A DNA stretch of 26,847 bases from a virus (lineage: Duplodnaviria; Caudoviricetes), in the IMG/VR virus record IMGVR_UViG_3300005512_000278, positions 1 through 26,847 of that record. The stretch is one strand, 5' to 3'. The position numbers and the translations under genes are program-made. Below, piece by piece: positions 1 to 8,500 of this stretch. The notes below the pieces were generated by a model. It ran no database searches. It was not told where the DNA came from and saw only the letters and a program-made list of their open reading frames with translations. The first letter of the stretch is position 1, and each line of letters opens with the position of its first letter.

Positions 1-116
1 AGAGCCGTGATATTCGCAGCAGACGTTAACTCCCCGTCACCCGACAACCCGGCAGACGCAGACAACAACTGGGGCGACCCCAGAAGGAAAACAATCGGCT
101 CCGAAATATCCAACAT
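1..116 (-). CDS. Putative virion structural protein, 5' part only (runs off the window)
   Basis: ATG at 116-114 overlaps the upstream TAA (TAATG coupling). Frame is open to the window edge: MLDISEPIVFLLGSPQLLSASAGLSGDGELTSAANITA. Lies downstream of the capsid gene. Confidence 0.6.
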   Translation of the reverse strand, partial: MLDISEPIVFLLGSPQLLSASAGLSGDGELTSAANITA

Positions 117-499
117 TAGGACAGGCTAAGAGTAATCGCACCAGACGCGAACTGCACCGTGTCACCGGACGTAACCGTGCGGGAAGCAGTCAACGGGCCA
201 TAAGCAAGACGCTTAGCCGAACCCGCCGAATCATAAATCTCAATACCAACCACCGTGCACGAAGGCATACCCGTGAACGAGATAGCAGCATTGTTATCAA
301 TCGAACCGCCCGACGCTGCATCAAACGCAATCGTCTGACGAGCATACGAACCACCAGTAACCTCAGTACCGGCAGCCGAATCCGAACCATTAGCGGTCAT
401 CAAAGCAAGCTTGATCGGCGTGGTGACAGTGTACGAGGACGTACCCACCAGCGCATCAAGCAACTGATTCTCAATAATATCAGGGAGATTGTCAGCCAC
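116..499 (-). CDS. Phage structural protein, tail/fibre-associated type (127 aa)
   Basis: S/T/G/A-rich protein with an 'EVTGGSYARQTIAF...IEIYDSAG...GDTVQF' pattern typical of small tail-associated phage proteins; follows the capsid gene. Confidence 0.65.
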   Translation of the reverse strand: MADNLPDIIENQLLDALVGTSSYTVTTPIKLALMTANGSDSAAGTEVTGGSYARQTIAFDAASGGSIDNNAAISFTGMPSCTVVGIEIYDSAGSAKRLAYGPLTASRTVTSGDTVQFASGAITLSLS

Positions 500-518
500 G
501 CTGAATCCTTATCTTTAG

Positions 519-572
519 AAAAAAACTTGGGTTGAAGTGGAGGCCGCACCCACAATATGATGCGGCCCCCAC
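519..572 (-). terminator. Putative intrinsic terminator/attenuator after the major capsid gene
   Basis: 12-bp stem GTGGGGGCCGCA/TGCGGCCTCCAC (572-561/548-537, one G-U) just after the capsid stop. A T7 tract at 525-519 is separated from the stem by about 11 nt. Confidence 0.55.
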
Positions 573-580
573 ACCATCAA

Positions 581-1790
581 CTAAGCGATGGACGAACCGG
601 ACTCAATCCGGTACAGAGATTCCTGGCGGTACAGGCTCCAGCCTTGGAGCGAGTACCAGCCGATAGGCCGGACAAGGCCCTCCCTCTGTCGCCAAAGGGC
701 TTGGACTATATCTTCACCCACTCATAGTGTGGGGCATGGCGTGTAGTCTCTGAGGGGTCATGGGGTTGGGGGTTTTACCAACCTTGGACTTCCCTGCTGA
801 TTGCCTGCACCGAATGGATTTTTACTGCGCCTAGCGCGAGTACCATCGGATACTCAGGGTTTCCAGCATATAGCCATGTTTGTCACCGATCATTACTGAC
901 CGGGGAGGCTCCGGCATTTACGCCGCGAGGCAGAAATCCTCACGACTTGCGAACCTCATCAACTTGTCAACAACCGGGCCGATAACGACACCCGGCTCAA
1001 CAGCAGTCGCCTCAGCGAGAGCTTGCTGACCAGCGATGATCGTGCGGTAGTTCTTCGCAGAAGAAGCACCATCAGTTGCACTGTACGCACGCGGAGTCTC
1101 CACGAAGTACGCGCCACCCAGAACACCAGTAACCTGGTTCAGGATGTTACCCACATTCGGGTCCGTGTACTTACGGATATCCTCGAACGCCAACGCACCC
1201 GTTTCGCCACGCAGATCATGCGCGACCTCAGGGTGAATGTAAGCGGCGTACAGCATACCCTCACGCGGGACAGCGTTCGCGGCACGCAACTTAGCGACAG
1301 CCTTACGGATGTCAGCGTTGTCAAGCGTGTCCGACGCGGTTATCCCCGAAGTGGCGGTCTTGCCGCCAGCGTAGATCACGTTCGTGCCACCAATCAGAGT
1401 GTTCACAACAACCTGATCGATAGAATCAGCGAGGTTGTAAGCAACTATGTTAGCGACAGCCGGATCAACGTCCGAGAAAGCGAACTCGCCCAGCTTGCGG
1501 GTGTTCAGGACAGTGTTGCCGTACTCGTTCAGAGTAACCGACACAGTGTTCACGTCCGAGATCGCAACCGCATCCGGGTCAACAGTCTCAGTGAGAGTGC
1601 TGGTCGCAGCGGCGAGATCCTGATAGAGCGAGAACACCACCGAAGAACCCGGCATAGCCTGCTGCACAGGACGCTTATCCGCGAGGTTGCGGAACAACGG
1701 CTGTGAACGCAGAGCGAACTCAACGTAACGGTCGTATGCTGCCTGTACAAGACCAGCCATGGCGCTAGTGCTAGTGTAAGCGTTAGCCAT
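581..1790 (-). CDS. Major capsid protein (resembles the N4-gp56-like family), split by a group I intron: exon 1 1790-953, exon 2 672-581, spliced product 309 aa
   Basis: Capsid-like motifs (LNEYGN, AYIHPEVAHDLR, FVETPRA) directly after the scaffold gene, with strong SD AAGGAGGTGA. Removing 673-952 gives an in-frame ...VVDKLMRF-RPIGWYSLQGWSLYRQESLYRIESGSSIA* C-terminus. Confidence 0.92.
673..952 (-). ncRNA. Group I self-splicing intron (280 nt, no homing endonuclease ORF)
   Basis: P ATGCTGGAAA (869-860), Q AATCAGCAGG (802-793), R CCTCAGAGACTACA (755-742), S AAGATATAGTCC (714-703); P3 CATGGC/GCCATG. The 5' exon ends in U and the intron ends in G. IGS GCCGGAGCCTC (915-905) pairs with both exons. 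GNRA loops on P2 (GTAA) and P9 (GCGA). Confidence 0.96.
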
Positions 1791-1840
1791 AGTAGTGTTT
1801 CACCTCCTTAGGTGAATAGTAGTTAATGTTACTTGCGAGG

Positions 1841-2326
1841 CTAAATAGCCTGCGGCCCCGAAGTGGTACCGAAAAGCAACTTGTTAAGAGCCTCCGGGTT
1901 ATCAGCGGCATTAATCAAACTAGCCAACTGATCGGGGTCATTACTAAAAGGTTGACCGGAAGATTGCGTTTGCGAAATCCGGTTCAACGCAGCAAGATCA
2001 GGGTTCACCTGTCCTTGCTGTTCAGGCTGTTCAGCCTCTTCGGCCTCGATACCGAACACGTCGCCGTATTCAGAGATCCAAGCCTCCACCTCTTCCGAGG
2101 TGGTCGCATCCTTCGGGATCAAAGCTGCCACCTTCTCGGGCAGCCCCTTGGACGCGATAACGTCCTTGACGGAGCGTTCACGAAGCGACGATTGCATAGC
2201 CTCGAGAGATTCGGCTAGCTCCTTCTTCTCCGCTTGCAATTTCTTGTACGCCTTGCGAAGCTCACGCATCGCGTTAGTGTCGCCTTGCGTATCAATATCG
2301 TCGTCGTCCCACTCGTACTCAGACAT
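1841..2326 (-). CDS. Capsid scaffolding protein (putative)
   Basis: Acidic N-terminus (MSEYEWDDDD) and a coiled-coil segment, immediately upstream of the capsid gene. SD AAGGGAG precedes the ATG at 2326, preferred over 2347. Confidence 0.75.
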   Translation of the reverse strand: MSEYEWDDDDIDTQGDTNAMRELRKAYKKLQAEKKELAESLEAMQSSLRERSVKDVIASKGLPEKVAALIPKDATTSEEVEAWISEYGDVFGIEAEEAEQPEQQGQVNPDLAALNRISQTQSSGQPFSNDPDQLASLINAADNPEALNKLLFGTTSGPQAI

Positions 2327-2358
2327 AGTAACTCCCTTACTATTCATATAGGTGAATC

Positions 2359-2438
2359 GCTACCCACACAACCCTCTGGGGGAAGGATCATGGCTGTAAC
2401 TACCGGACTTGTTCACCACCAGGGCCGGCTGGTCTGGT
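2359..2438 (-). promoter_or_regulatory. Candidate structured leader RNA (H-type pseudoknot plus hairpin) upstream of the scaffold gene
   Basis: Stem ACCAG/CTGGT whose loop GCCGG can pair with downstream CCGGT, followed by a GTTAC...GTAGC hairpin with a CCCCCA loop. Folded by eye only. Confidence 0.4.
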
Positions 2439-2444
2439 TGGGAG

Positions 2445-2534
2445 TGGACGTGAGTGGAATCGAACCACTGTTAGACAGAGCCATTCGCCCACCATCGTGG
2501 GTAATGAATGGATGCCTCTCACCAAGGCACGCCC
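2445..2534 (-). ncRNA. tRNA-like element resembling the tRNA-like domain of tmRNA (no anticodon, no tag ORF)
   Basis: 7-bp acceptor GGGCGTG/CACGTCC with G3-U70 and discriminator A. Perfect T arm AGTGG-TTCGATT-CCACT preceded by AAC. Central hairpin CCATTC/GAATGG plus CCCAC-GATG-GTGGG. Intergenic. Confidence 0.75.
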
Positions 2535-2542
2535 TTATTTAG

Positions 2543-3703
2543 TTATATGCTAGGACCCTCCGAAAGGGAACCAGTCGTGATACCGGAACGGCCAGAGAAC
2601 CTAGCCCGTTCGCGGGACTGCAGCGTGCGAACCCTGCGGCGAGCTCCCTCGTCAAGGTTCAGGGCCGACAATGCTGACGTTTCCGCGCTAAGGTCACCCT
2701 GCTCAATCTCCGCAAGGCGCTGCGTGCTGCGCTGAATATCCGCGATCTCCGTAAGCTGCGGCTCAATTTGTGTGCCCTGGATATCGCGCTCGCCACCGAG
2801 GAAAGCACCAATGCGCTCCGACACACCCGCACCGAACTCAAGGCCGGCACGCTCGGCGTAGCCGCCAACGATGGCAGCATTGGCTCGGCGCTGGATTGTC
2901 TCACTCGTGTTCTCCGGGTCAAGAACAAACTCAACCATGAGATCCGGCGTAATGTCATAGAACCGCTCAAGCGACTCACGAACCTCCGGCAAGGTGTCAG
3001 CAACAACCCTGCGGGCGTCAATAACGCGCTCTTCAACCTCATCAACGGAAAGCGAAAAGTCACCAACAAGTGCAGCGATCTTGTCAATTTCTTGCTGCGA
3101 ACCAGCTTCCCCGAGGTAAGACTGAAGATTGTTGTCGCGGAAAATCTTGCGATAGCTCGACTCGTAGCGAATGTAGTCGCCTTCAGTTGGAATATCCGTG
3201 ATGCCTTTTTCTCGCAGAGTAATAAGCCCCTTGAAGCGTTGACGGTACTCGCCAGTATCTCGAAGCTTCTCTACGATAACCTCACCCTGAGTGCCCCACT
3301 GTTGGATCAGTGAGTCCACTTGGCCCATCATCCCTTCCATGCCGTACTGGCGAAGGATGTTCCTTAGAAAGGCGCTGGCTGCTGCCCGCTCTGCGGGCGT
3401 CGGGCCGGCTGGCTCGGCGGGTGCGGCTTGTTCCGTTTGCGGGGTAAAACCTGGGGCAGTGAACCCTGGGCCGGGTGCGGCGGCTTCAGGTGTGCTGCTG
3501 TAAAACTCTTGTGGACGACCACCACCAAAAGGATCAGCGGCAGCGGCATACTGATCGGCAACGGCTTGGACTTTTGCTTGACCGGAACCGCGAATGTTGG
3601 CGGCAGCCTGAGCGTAAGCAGCGGCACCAGCAGCATTCCCTCGTGCCGCTTCTTGTTCGGCTAGACGTAGACGCTCAGCAACTCTCTCTGCTTTAGTAGC
3701 CAT
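2543..3703 (-). CDS. Putative internal virion protein (386 aa)
   Basis: Long ORF tightly packed in the morphogenesis operon, with a helical Ala/Glu/Arg-rich sequence. Function inferred from position only. Confidence 0.6.
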   Translation of the reverse strand: MATKAERVAERLRLAEQEAARGNAAGAAAYAQAAANIRGSGQAKVQAVADQYAAAADPFGGGRPQEFYSSTPEAAAPGPGFTAPGFTPQTEQAAPAEPAGPTPAERAAASAFLRNILRQYGMEGMMGQVDSLIQQWGTQGEVIVEKLRDTGEYRQRFKGLITLREKGITDIPTEGDYIRYESSYRKIFRDNNLQSYLGEAGSQQEIDKIAALVGDFSLSVDEVEERVIDARRVVADTLPEVRESLERFYDITPDLMVEFVLDPENTSETIQRRANAAIVGGYAERAGLEFGAGVSERIGAFLGGERDIQGTQIEPQLTEIADIQRSTQRLAEIEQGDLSAETSALSALNLDEGARRRVRTLQSRERARFSGRSGITTGSLSEGPSI

Positions 3704-3708
3704 CTAAA

Positions 3709-4692
3709 TCACCGAAGCCCAAACATTCTTAGCAAATCATTACCAACTTTCGCGTAAGTAGCATAGGCGTTATCGGTTTGCTGCCAGCGAGTGTCCTTAC
3801 GAACCTCACGCTCGTACTCCCACAGCGGCATCACTCGAGGCTTGCCTTCGGCGTCAACATTCTGCATGGCCTTCTGCACCAAAGGATCATCCCAGCCAAG
3901 GTTTTCTTCTGGAATCTCCAGCAAGCTAGAAACGCGGGCGCGGTACGGTGAGATAATTGAATCCGGGTCAGTGCCACCACGAATCTGCTCTTCCCAAGCC
4001 GGGTAAGCCCCAACCATGTAGGTTTCCCGGATCTCCTGCTTAGCATCATCAATGCTCTGCTGGTTCAAGGTAAGGCGCTGGATATACTGTCTAATAGCAT
4101 CTTGTGACAGGTTAATGCCATTCTTCCTGGACCAGGTGAGAAGCTCAGTCTCAAACTCGCCGGCACTACCACGCAAGTCTCCCGGCTGACCACCTTGAGC
4201 AAGAAAAACACCAAGGTTCAGCTCAAGCTGAACGTCATCGTCGGCCCACTTGTTTCGTGTAGCGTCAAGAGTCAATTCCTCTAGGCGCTCGTCAGGAATC
4301 TCGATACCGCGTTGCGCTGCCCAGCGAAGAATCTTAGCTTGGTTGCGGCGAAGGGCAGTGTTAACGTCATCCTGCAGCGCAGGATCTTGCCGAGCAAAAT
4401 CGAACGCTTCTTGATTAGAGTCTCGAGCCTGGAACCAAGGGTTCTGCGCTCGCTTCTCCTTGAGCCAGTTAGCCGGAGGCATCTGGCCATTGTTGTTGTT
4501 GTAGTATTCCAGGATATCGTTGTAATACTGCTGAAGCTCAGGGTAAGCCTCAATCAGATTGGCGACGTAAGAATAGCGCTTATAGAAGTCCCCGAAAGAA
4601 ACGGGATCAAAACCTTTTTTCTTCTTAGGCTTGTCCTGCTCTCGCCCCTCAACGGTATCAATGTCAACGTCAAAGCCAGCATCAACGCTCAC
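3709..4692 (-). CDS. Putative internal virion protein (327 aa)
   Basis: Long ORF coupled to its neighbours (1-5 nt gaps) in the late operon; function from position only. Confidence 0.6.
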   Translation of the reverse strand: MSVDAGFDVDIDTVEGREQDKPKKKKGFDPVSFGDFYKRYSYVANLIEAYPELQQYYNDILEYYNNNNGQMPPANWLKEKRAQNPWFQARDSNQEAFDFARQDPALQDDVNTALRRNQAKILRWAAQRGIEIPDERLEELTLDATRNKWADDDVQLELNLGVFLAQGGQPGDLRGSAGEFETELLTWSRKNGINLSQDAIRQYIQRLTLNQQSIDDAKQEIRETYMVGAYPAWEEQIRGGTDPDSIISPYRARVSSLLEIPEENLGWDDPLVQKAMQNVDAEGKPRVMPLWEYEREVRKDTRWQQTDNAYATYAKVGNDLLRMFGLR

Positions 4693-4693
4693 A

Positions 4694-5563
4694 TTAACTC
4701 CACTCGTTCAAGAAAGCTTGGCCTTCATCAATGTCAGCCAGTATTGTGTCCATAATCTCGTGATTGAGTTGGTAGCCGGCAAAGTCGGGATTATCCGAAA
4801 TCAACTGCCGAACAACCTCCTGCCGGTCAACACCGCCGCTATACACCGTCATGCCTGGACCCTGTGGCGTGGTGACTTGAGCCGACTCACCCTCGATCCG
4901 ATTCAATTCGCTTGTGTACTTGCGAACCTCGTCTGGTGTAAGGTCACGGCCAATCATGTCCCGAGCCGCAGTGTTCAGCAAAGTGTAGGCAGTTGTCTCA
5001 TTAGAAAGCTGCACCGTGGAACGTGGCCCCGTGTAAGCCGCGGCGCCTCCAGTAGGCCCAAGTTCATCGCCACCTAGACCCAGTGCACCGCTGCCTTTAG
5101 ACAGCTCGTTTAGAATTGCGTCCGGTGGCTTGACTACGCCCTCTTCGTAAAGGCTAGCTGAGCCTTCAAGGACAAGCTTGTAGGCGTCGGAGATCGTGGC
5201 AAGAGAGGTAACCCTAGGCCCAATCAATCCCGCCTTGCGCATCTGATTAACGATTCCACGGTACTTATTCGGGTCCTTCGTGCGAAGCGTCTCAAAGTCC
5301 TTCAGGAGGGTGTAGACACTCTTACCGGCGCCTTCACTAACGACTCCACCGGAATAGCCAGAAACACCAGTAGGTCGAGTGTCAGCCTGATAAGGAACAT
5401 ACTCACCATCAGCTGTCTTGACGCCACCACCAAGAGCCGCCAGTAGCCCATCAACGACCGCCTGAGGGTCAGTTCCCGTATCCATTGGTTGATAGCCACT
5501 AGGGCACTTGCCGCCAACTGCCGCCCGAGTGTCGCTAGGATCGTTCGGATTAACGCACAGCAC
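4694..5563 (-). CDS. Putative virion protein (289 aa)
   Basis: GTG start overlaps the TAG of the giant gene (TAGTG); late operon position. Confidence 0.6.
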   Translation of the reverse strand: MLCVNPNDPSDTRAAVGGKCPSGYQPMDTGTDPQAVVDGLLAALGGGVKTADGEYVPYQADTRPTGVSGYSGGVVSEGAGKSVYTLLKDFETLRTKDPNKYRGIVNQMRKAGLIGPRVTSLATISDAYKLVLEGSASLYEEGVVKPPDAILNELSKGSGALGLGGDELGPTGGAAAYTGPRSTVQLSNETTAYTLLNTAARDMIGRDLTPDEVRKYTSELNRIEGESAQVTTPQGPGMTVYSGGVDRQEVVRQLISDNPDFAGYQLNHEIMDTILADIDEGQAFLNEWS

Positions 5564-8500
5564 TAGGAAACCTCTTCCACAATCAACGGATCAAGTTCTT
5601 CAAGTTCACCGTAATTCAAGGTGTCCAGAACCGTGTCAATAAACTTCTTCGCTTGCTCGTTGCCGGCAGCAATATTCTGCAACTTGGTATTCATTTCGTA
5701 GAGTAGTTCAGCTTTCGCCTGCTGCTCTATCTTCTTCTGACCAAGCCCAGAAACCGCAGACTTGTAATTCCGGTACACATCAATCGCGGCATCTACGTAC
5801 TCGAGAGCCTCAGGAACCTCGTACTCCGATTCCCGAATCGAGTCAATAAATATTTCCATCTGTTTGACCGACTCAGCCAAGCGAGTCGGTGTGTAAGCCG
5901 TACCCTGCTTGGATCGCAAAGTTTTCCAGTAAGGATTCTGCTTCTCATTAAGCTTGCGCTCTTTAAGCTTCGCGTCATTCAGAAGGTTAATCGCCTTCTT
6001 CTGGTCAATGTCACGAGGGTCGAGCAGACTAATTAGCTCGTCGTAGCTCTTCCTGATCTGCGTGTCACGGTACTGACCTTGAACCGCAAACAAAGACTCC
6101 AGCTTTTCTGTCGTGGTTTTAGGAATACGCAAACCATAAGTATTGGTAATCAGCTGCCATGCCTGCCAGTCAAACTCACCGTCAGGAGGCGCAAGCCACA
6201 TAAGAGACTCGGACGCCCCAGGCAGGTTCTCCAGGTTCTTGTATTCATCACTTTGAGTCCACAAGACAAACGCATCCGTAGCCCGGATTCCAGCTAGACC
6301 GGCAAGCTTATCTGGCGCAGCTTTGGAACCACTCAAGGTAAACGGAAGTAGGTTATCCCAAGGAGTGTACTTAGTTGGCTGACCAGTGTTCTTGCGAATC
6401 TTAGCGGCGTAGTACATGGACACAGCGGATGACCAAGGATCAGGCTCATCCTTATTCAAGTCAAGCAGTTGCCGGAATACAGTGTCAACACTTGAGATAC
6501 CAAGCTCACGGGCGGCAGGGTTAATCTGACCAGCCTCATAAACCTGTGGCGCGGCGGGCCCAAGGAAGCCAAGAATAAACTTAGTGCCAGCTAAACCGAC
6601 GCCAACAGTAGAGGCCTGCTTCCAAATGTCGCTCTCCATGAAGCTTTCAATTCCCACGACGCCATCGCCAGCGGTCAACGACTCGGGATCAAGTAGGCCT
6701 TCCGCAATCATAATCTTGATTGTGTCGAAAGCTGCTTCTTGGGTGACTGAATCAATCTCATCTTGACTCAACTGCTGTAGCTTAGACACACCAGCCGGCG
6801 TAAACGTATCAAGCAATAGCTGAGTGACCGAACCTTGCTGCTCAATGTACGGGCCAACCAGGGCCGACCGTAGGCCAGCAAACTCCTTCAACGGTGGGAA
6901 GAAGTCAAACGCAAATGCCGCCGGGAAAGTACCGGGACCAATAAGGGTCGGGACTGCCATCCGAGGATCAGCAGACGGCGTAAGGCCAGTTACCTTGCCG
7001 CCGATCTGGAATGGGCTTGCCATGTCCCACACGAAAGGCTTGAGCTCTGGTGAGATAAACGCGGCAAATGACCCGATGGCTTTCTGTACATACTCGTTGC
7101 CAGGGTAGTAGAAATACTTTTGCCCATTGTCATCGGTAAATACAAAACCAGTTTGATCTAGCAAGCCATACGTCAAAGCAAGCCGGTAGTAAGACTCGGG
7201 TCTTGTGATAGCAAGCCTCTTGGCGCGGCGATAGAAGTCCTCCGTTGCGCGGTAGTAACGCGCCACGTTACGAACTCGCCAAGCAAGCATCGAACGGTTA
7301 GCCGGATTGTCCACATATGCCAATGTCATGGCGTAAGCGGAATCGGCTGCAGTCTTGTTGCTCCACTCCGCAGCGATAGCCTTGTCAAACTCGTTGGGTG
7401 CATCGCGCCCAGCGGCCTTAGCCATAGCGTTAGCCATAGCTTCGTCCGACTTCTCCAGCTGCTTAACCATGTTAAGGTAGTTGGCGTAAAAGATAGGCTC
7501 ACGGGAAATGCGAGCGTTCTGCCGGCCAAGGATTCCATAGCCCTTGGTTATAAAACCTTCCCAACCAGTAAGAACCGGCACGGGCTCAGGAGCACTAGGC
7601 AGCCGGCCAAAAACATAGCTCGGGCGATCTTTTTCGGGAATCTTGCTAAGATCCTGTACCGAGACACGGTGAGTCTTTTCAGCCTTAGAAAAGTCGTCAA
7701 ATGGGGTTTGCCCTGGCTTGCGAGGCCTGTACCAGTTGACAATATCTTCGCCATCAATGTTGTCAACAAACATGTTGCGAAGCGACCAGTTAATTTCTCC
7801 GCTAGGCTTCTGGAAGTTGCGCAGCACATTCTCGTAGTAACGTGATGCAGCCGCATCAATGTCGCGGCCTTCGGCAAACATAGACCAAGTTTTACGATAG
7901 CCCCACTTGCTGTCCTGGCGCACGTAATCGGCAATAGCCTTCTTAGCGGCATCGGGGTTGCCGATGTACTTGATAGCCAACTTGCCGATAGGACCGTCAC
8001 CGTTAACGGTTGCTTGCAGCTCACGCCACCAGTACCAGACACCGTTAATACGCTCACGAGTTGTGGGATCTATCTGCACTGGACGCAGCGCGCCAAACTC
8101 ACGACCACTAAGACTGGAGTTAAAGTTAGGGTAAGACTTGAGCATGGCATCAACCTCGCCCGGAGCGAGATCCTCAAGCCTGACTGCATCCTCAACAACA
8201 TTCGGCAGTCGGCCATTCAGTAGGCTGTTGCCACCCTCAGCAACGTTTTGCACAAGATTCATGCCATGCTGTGAGCCGGCAATCCACTCCAGTGCCTCTT
8301 GTTGCCTTGCGGTAATGTTCGTAGGAATGTTTGCGTTCTCGCGGATAAGAGCCTTAGAGAATAGACGGACATAGGCTGATGTGTCACCAGCCTGCCAAGC
8401 TATCTGCGCCTTAATGAAATCATCCCTGGTGGCGTTCGGGATGGTAATGGCAGCCAGCCACTCCTGGTTCATGTCATCGCGTAGCTTGCCACCAAGCGTA

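Noticed and set aside
673-952. Homing endonuclease inside the intron
   Set aside because: The 280 nt are almost fully accounted for by ribozyme helices; there is no room for an ORF.
918-1790. Capsid as a complete 290-aa ORF or a truncated pseudogene
   Set aside because: The last 10 residues and the stop come from the intron; splicing gives a coherent 309-aa protein.
2445-2534. Canonical tRNA or full tmRNA gene
   Set aside because: It lacks a 7-nt anticodon loop and a standard U8/D-arm, and is far too short to hold a tag reading frame with pseudoknots.
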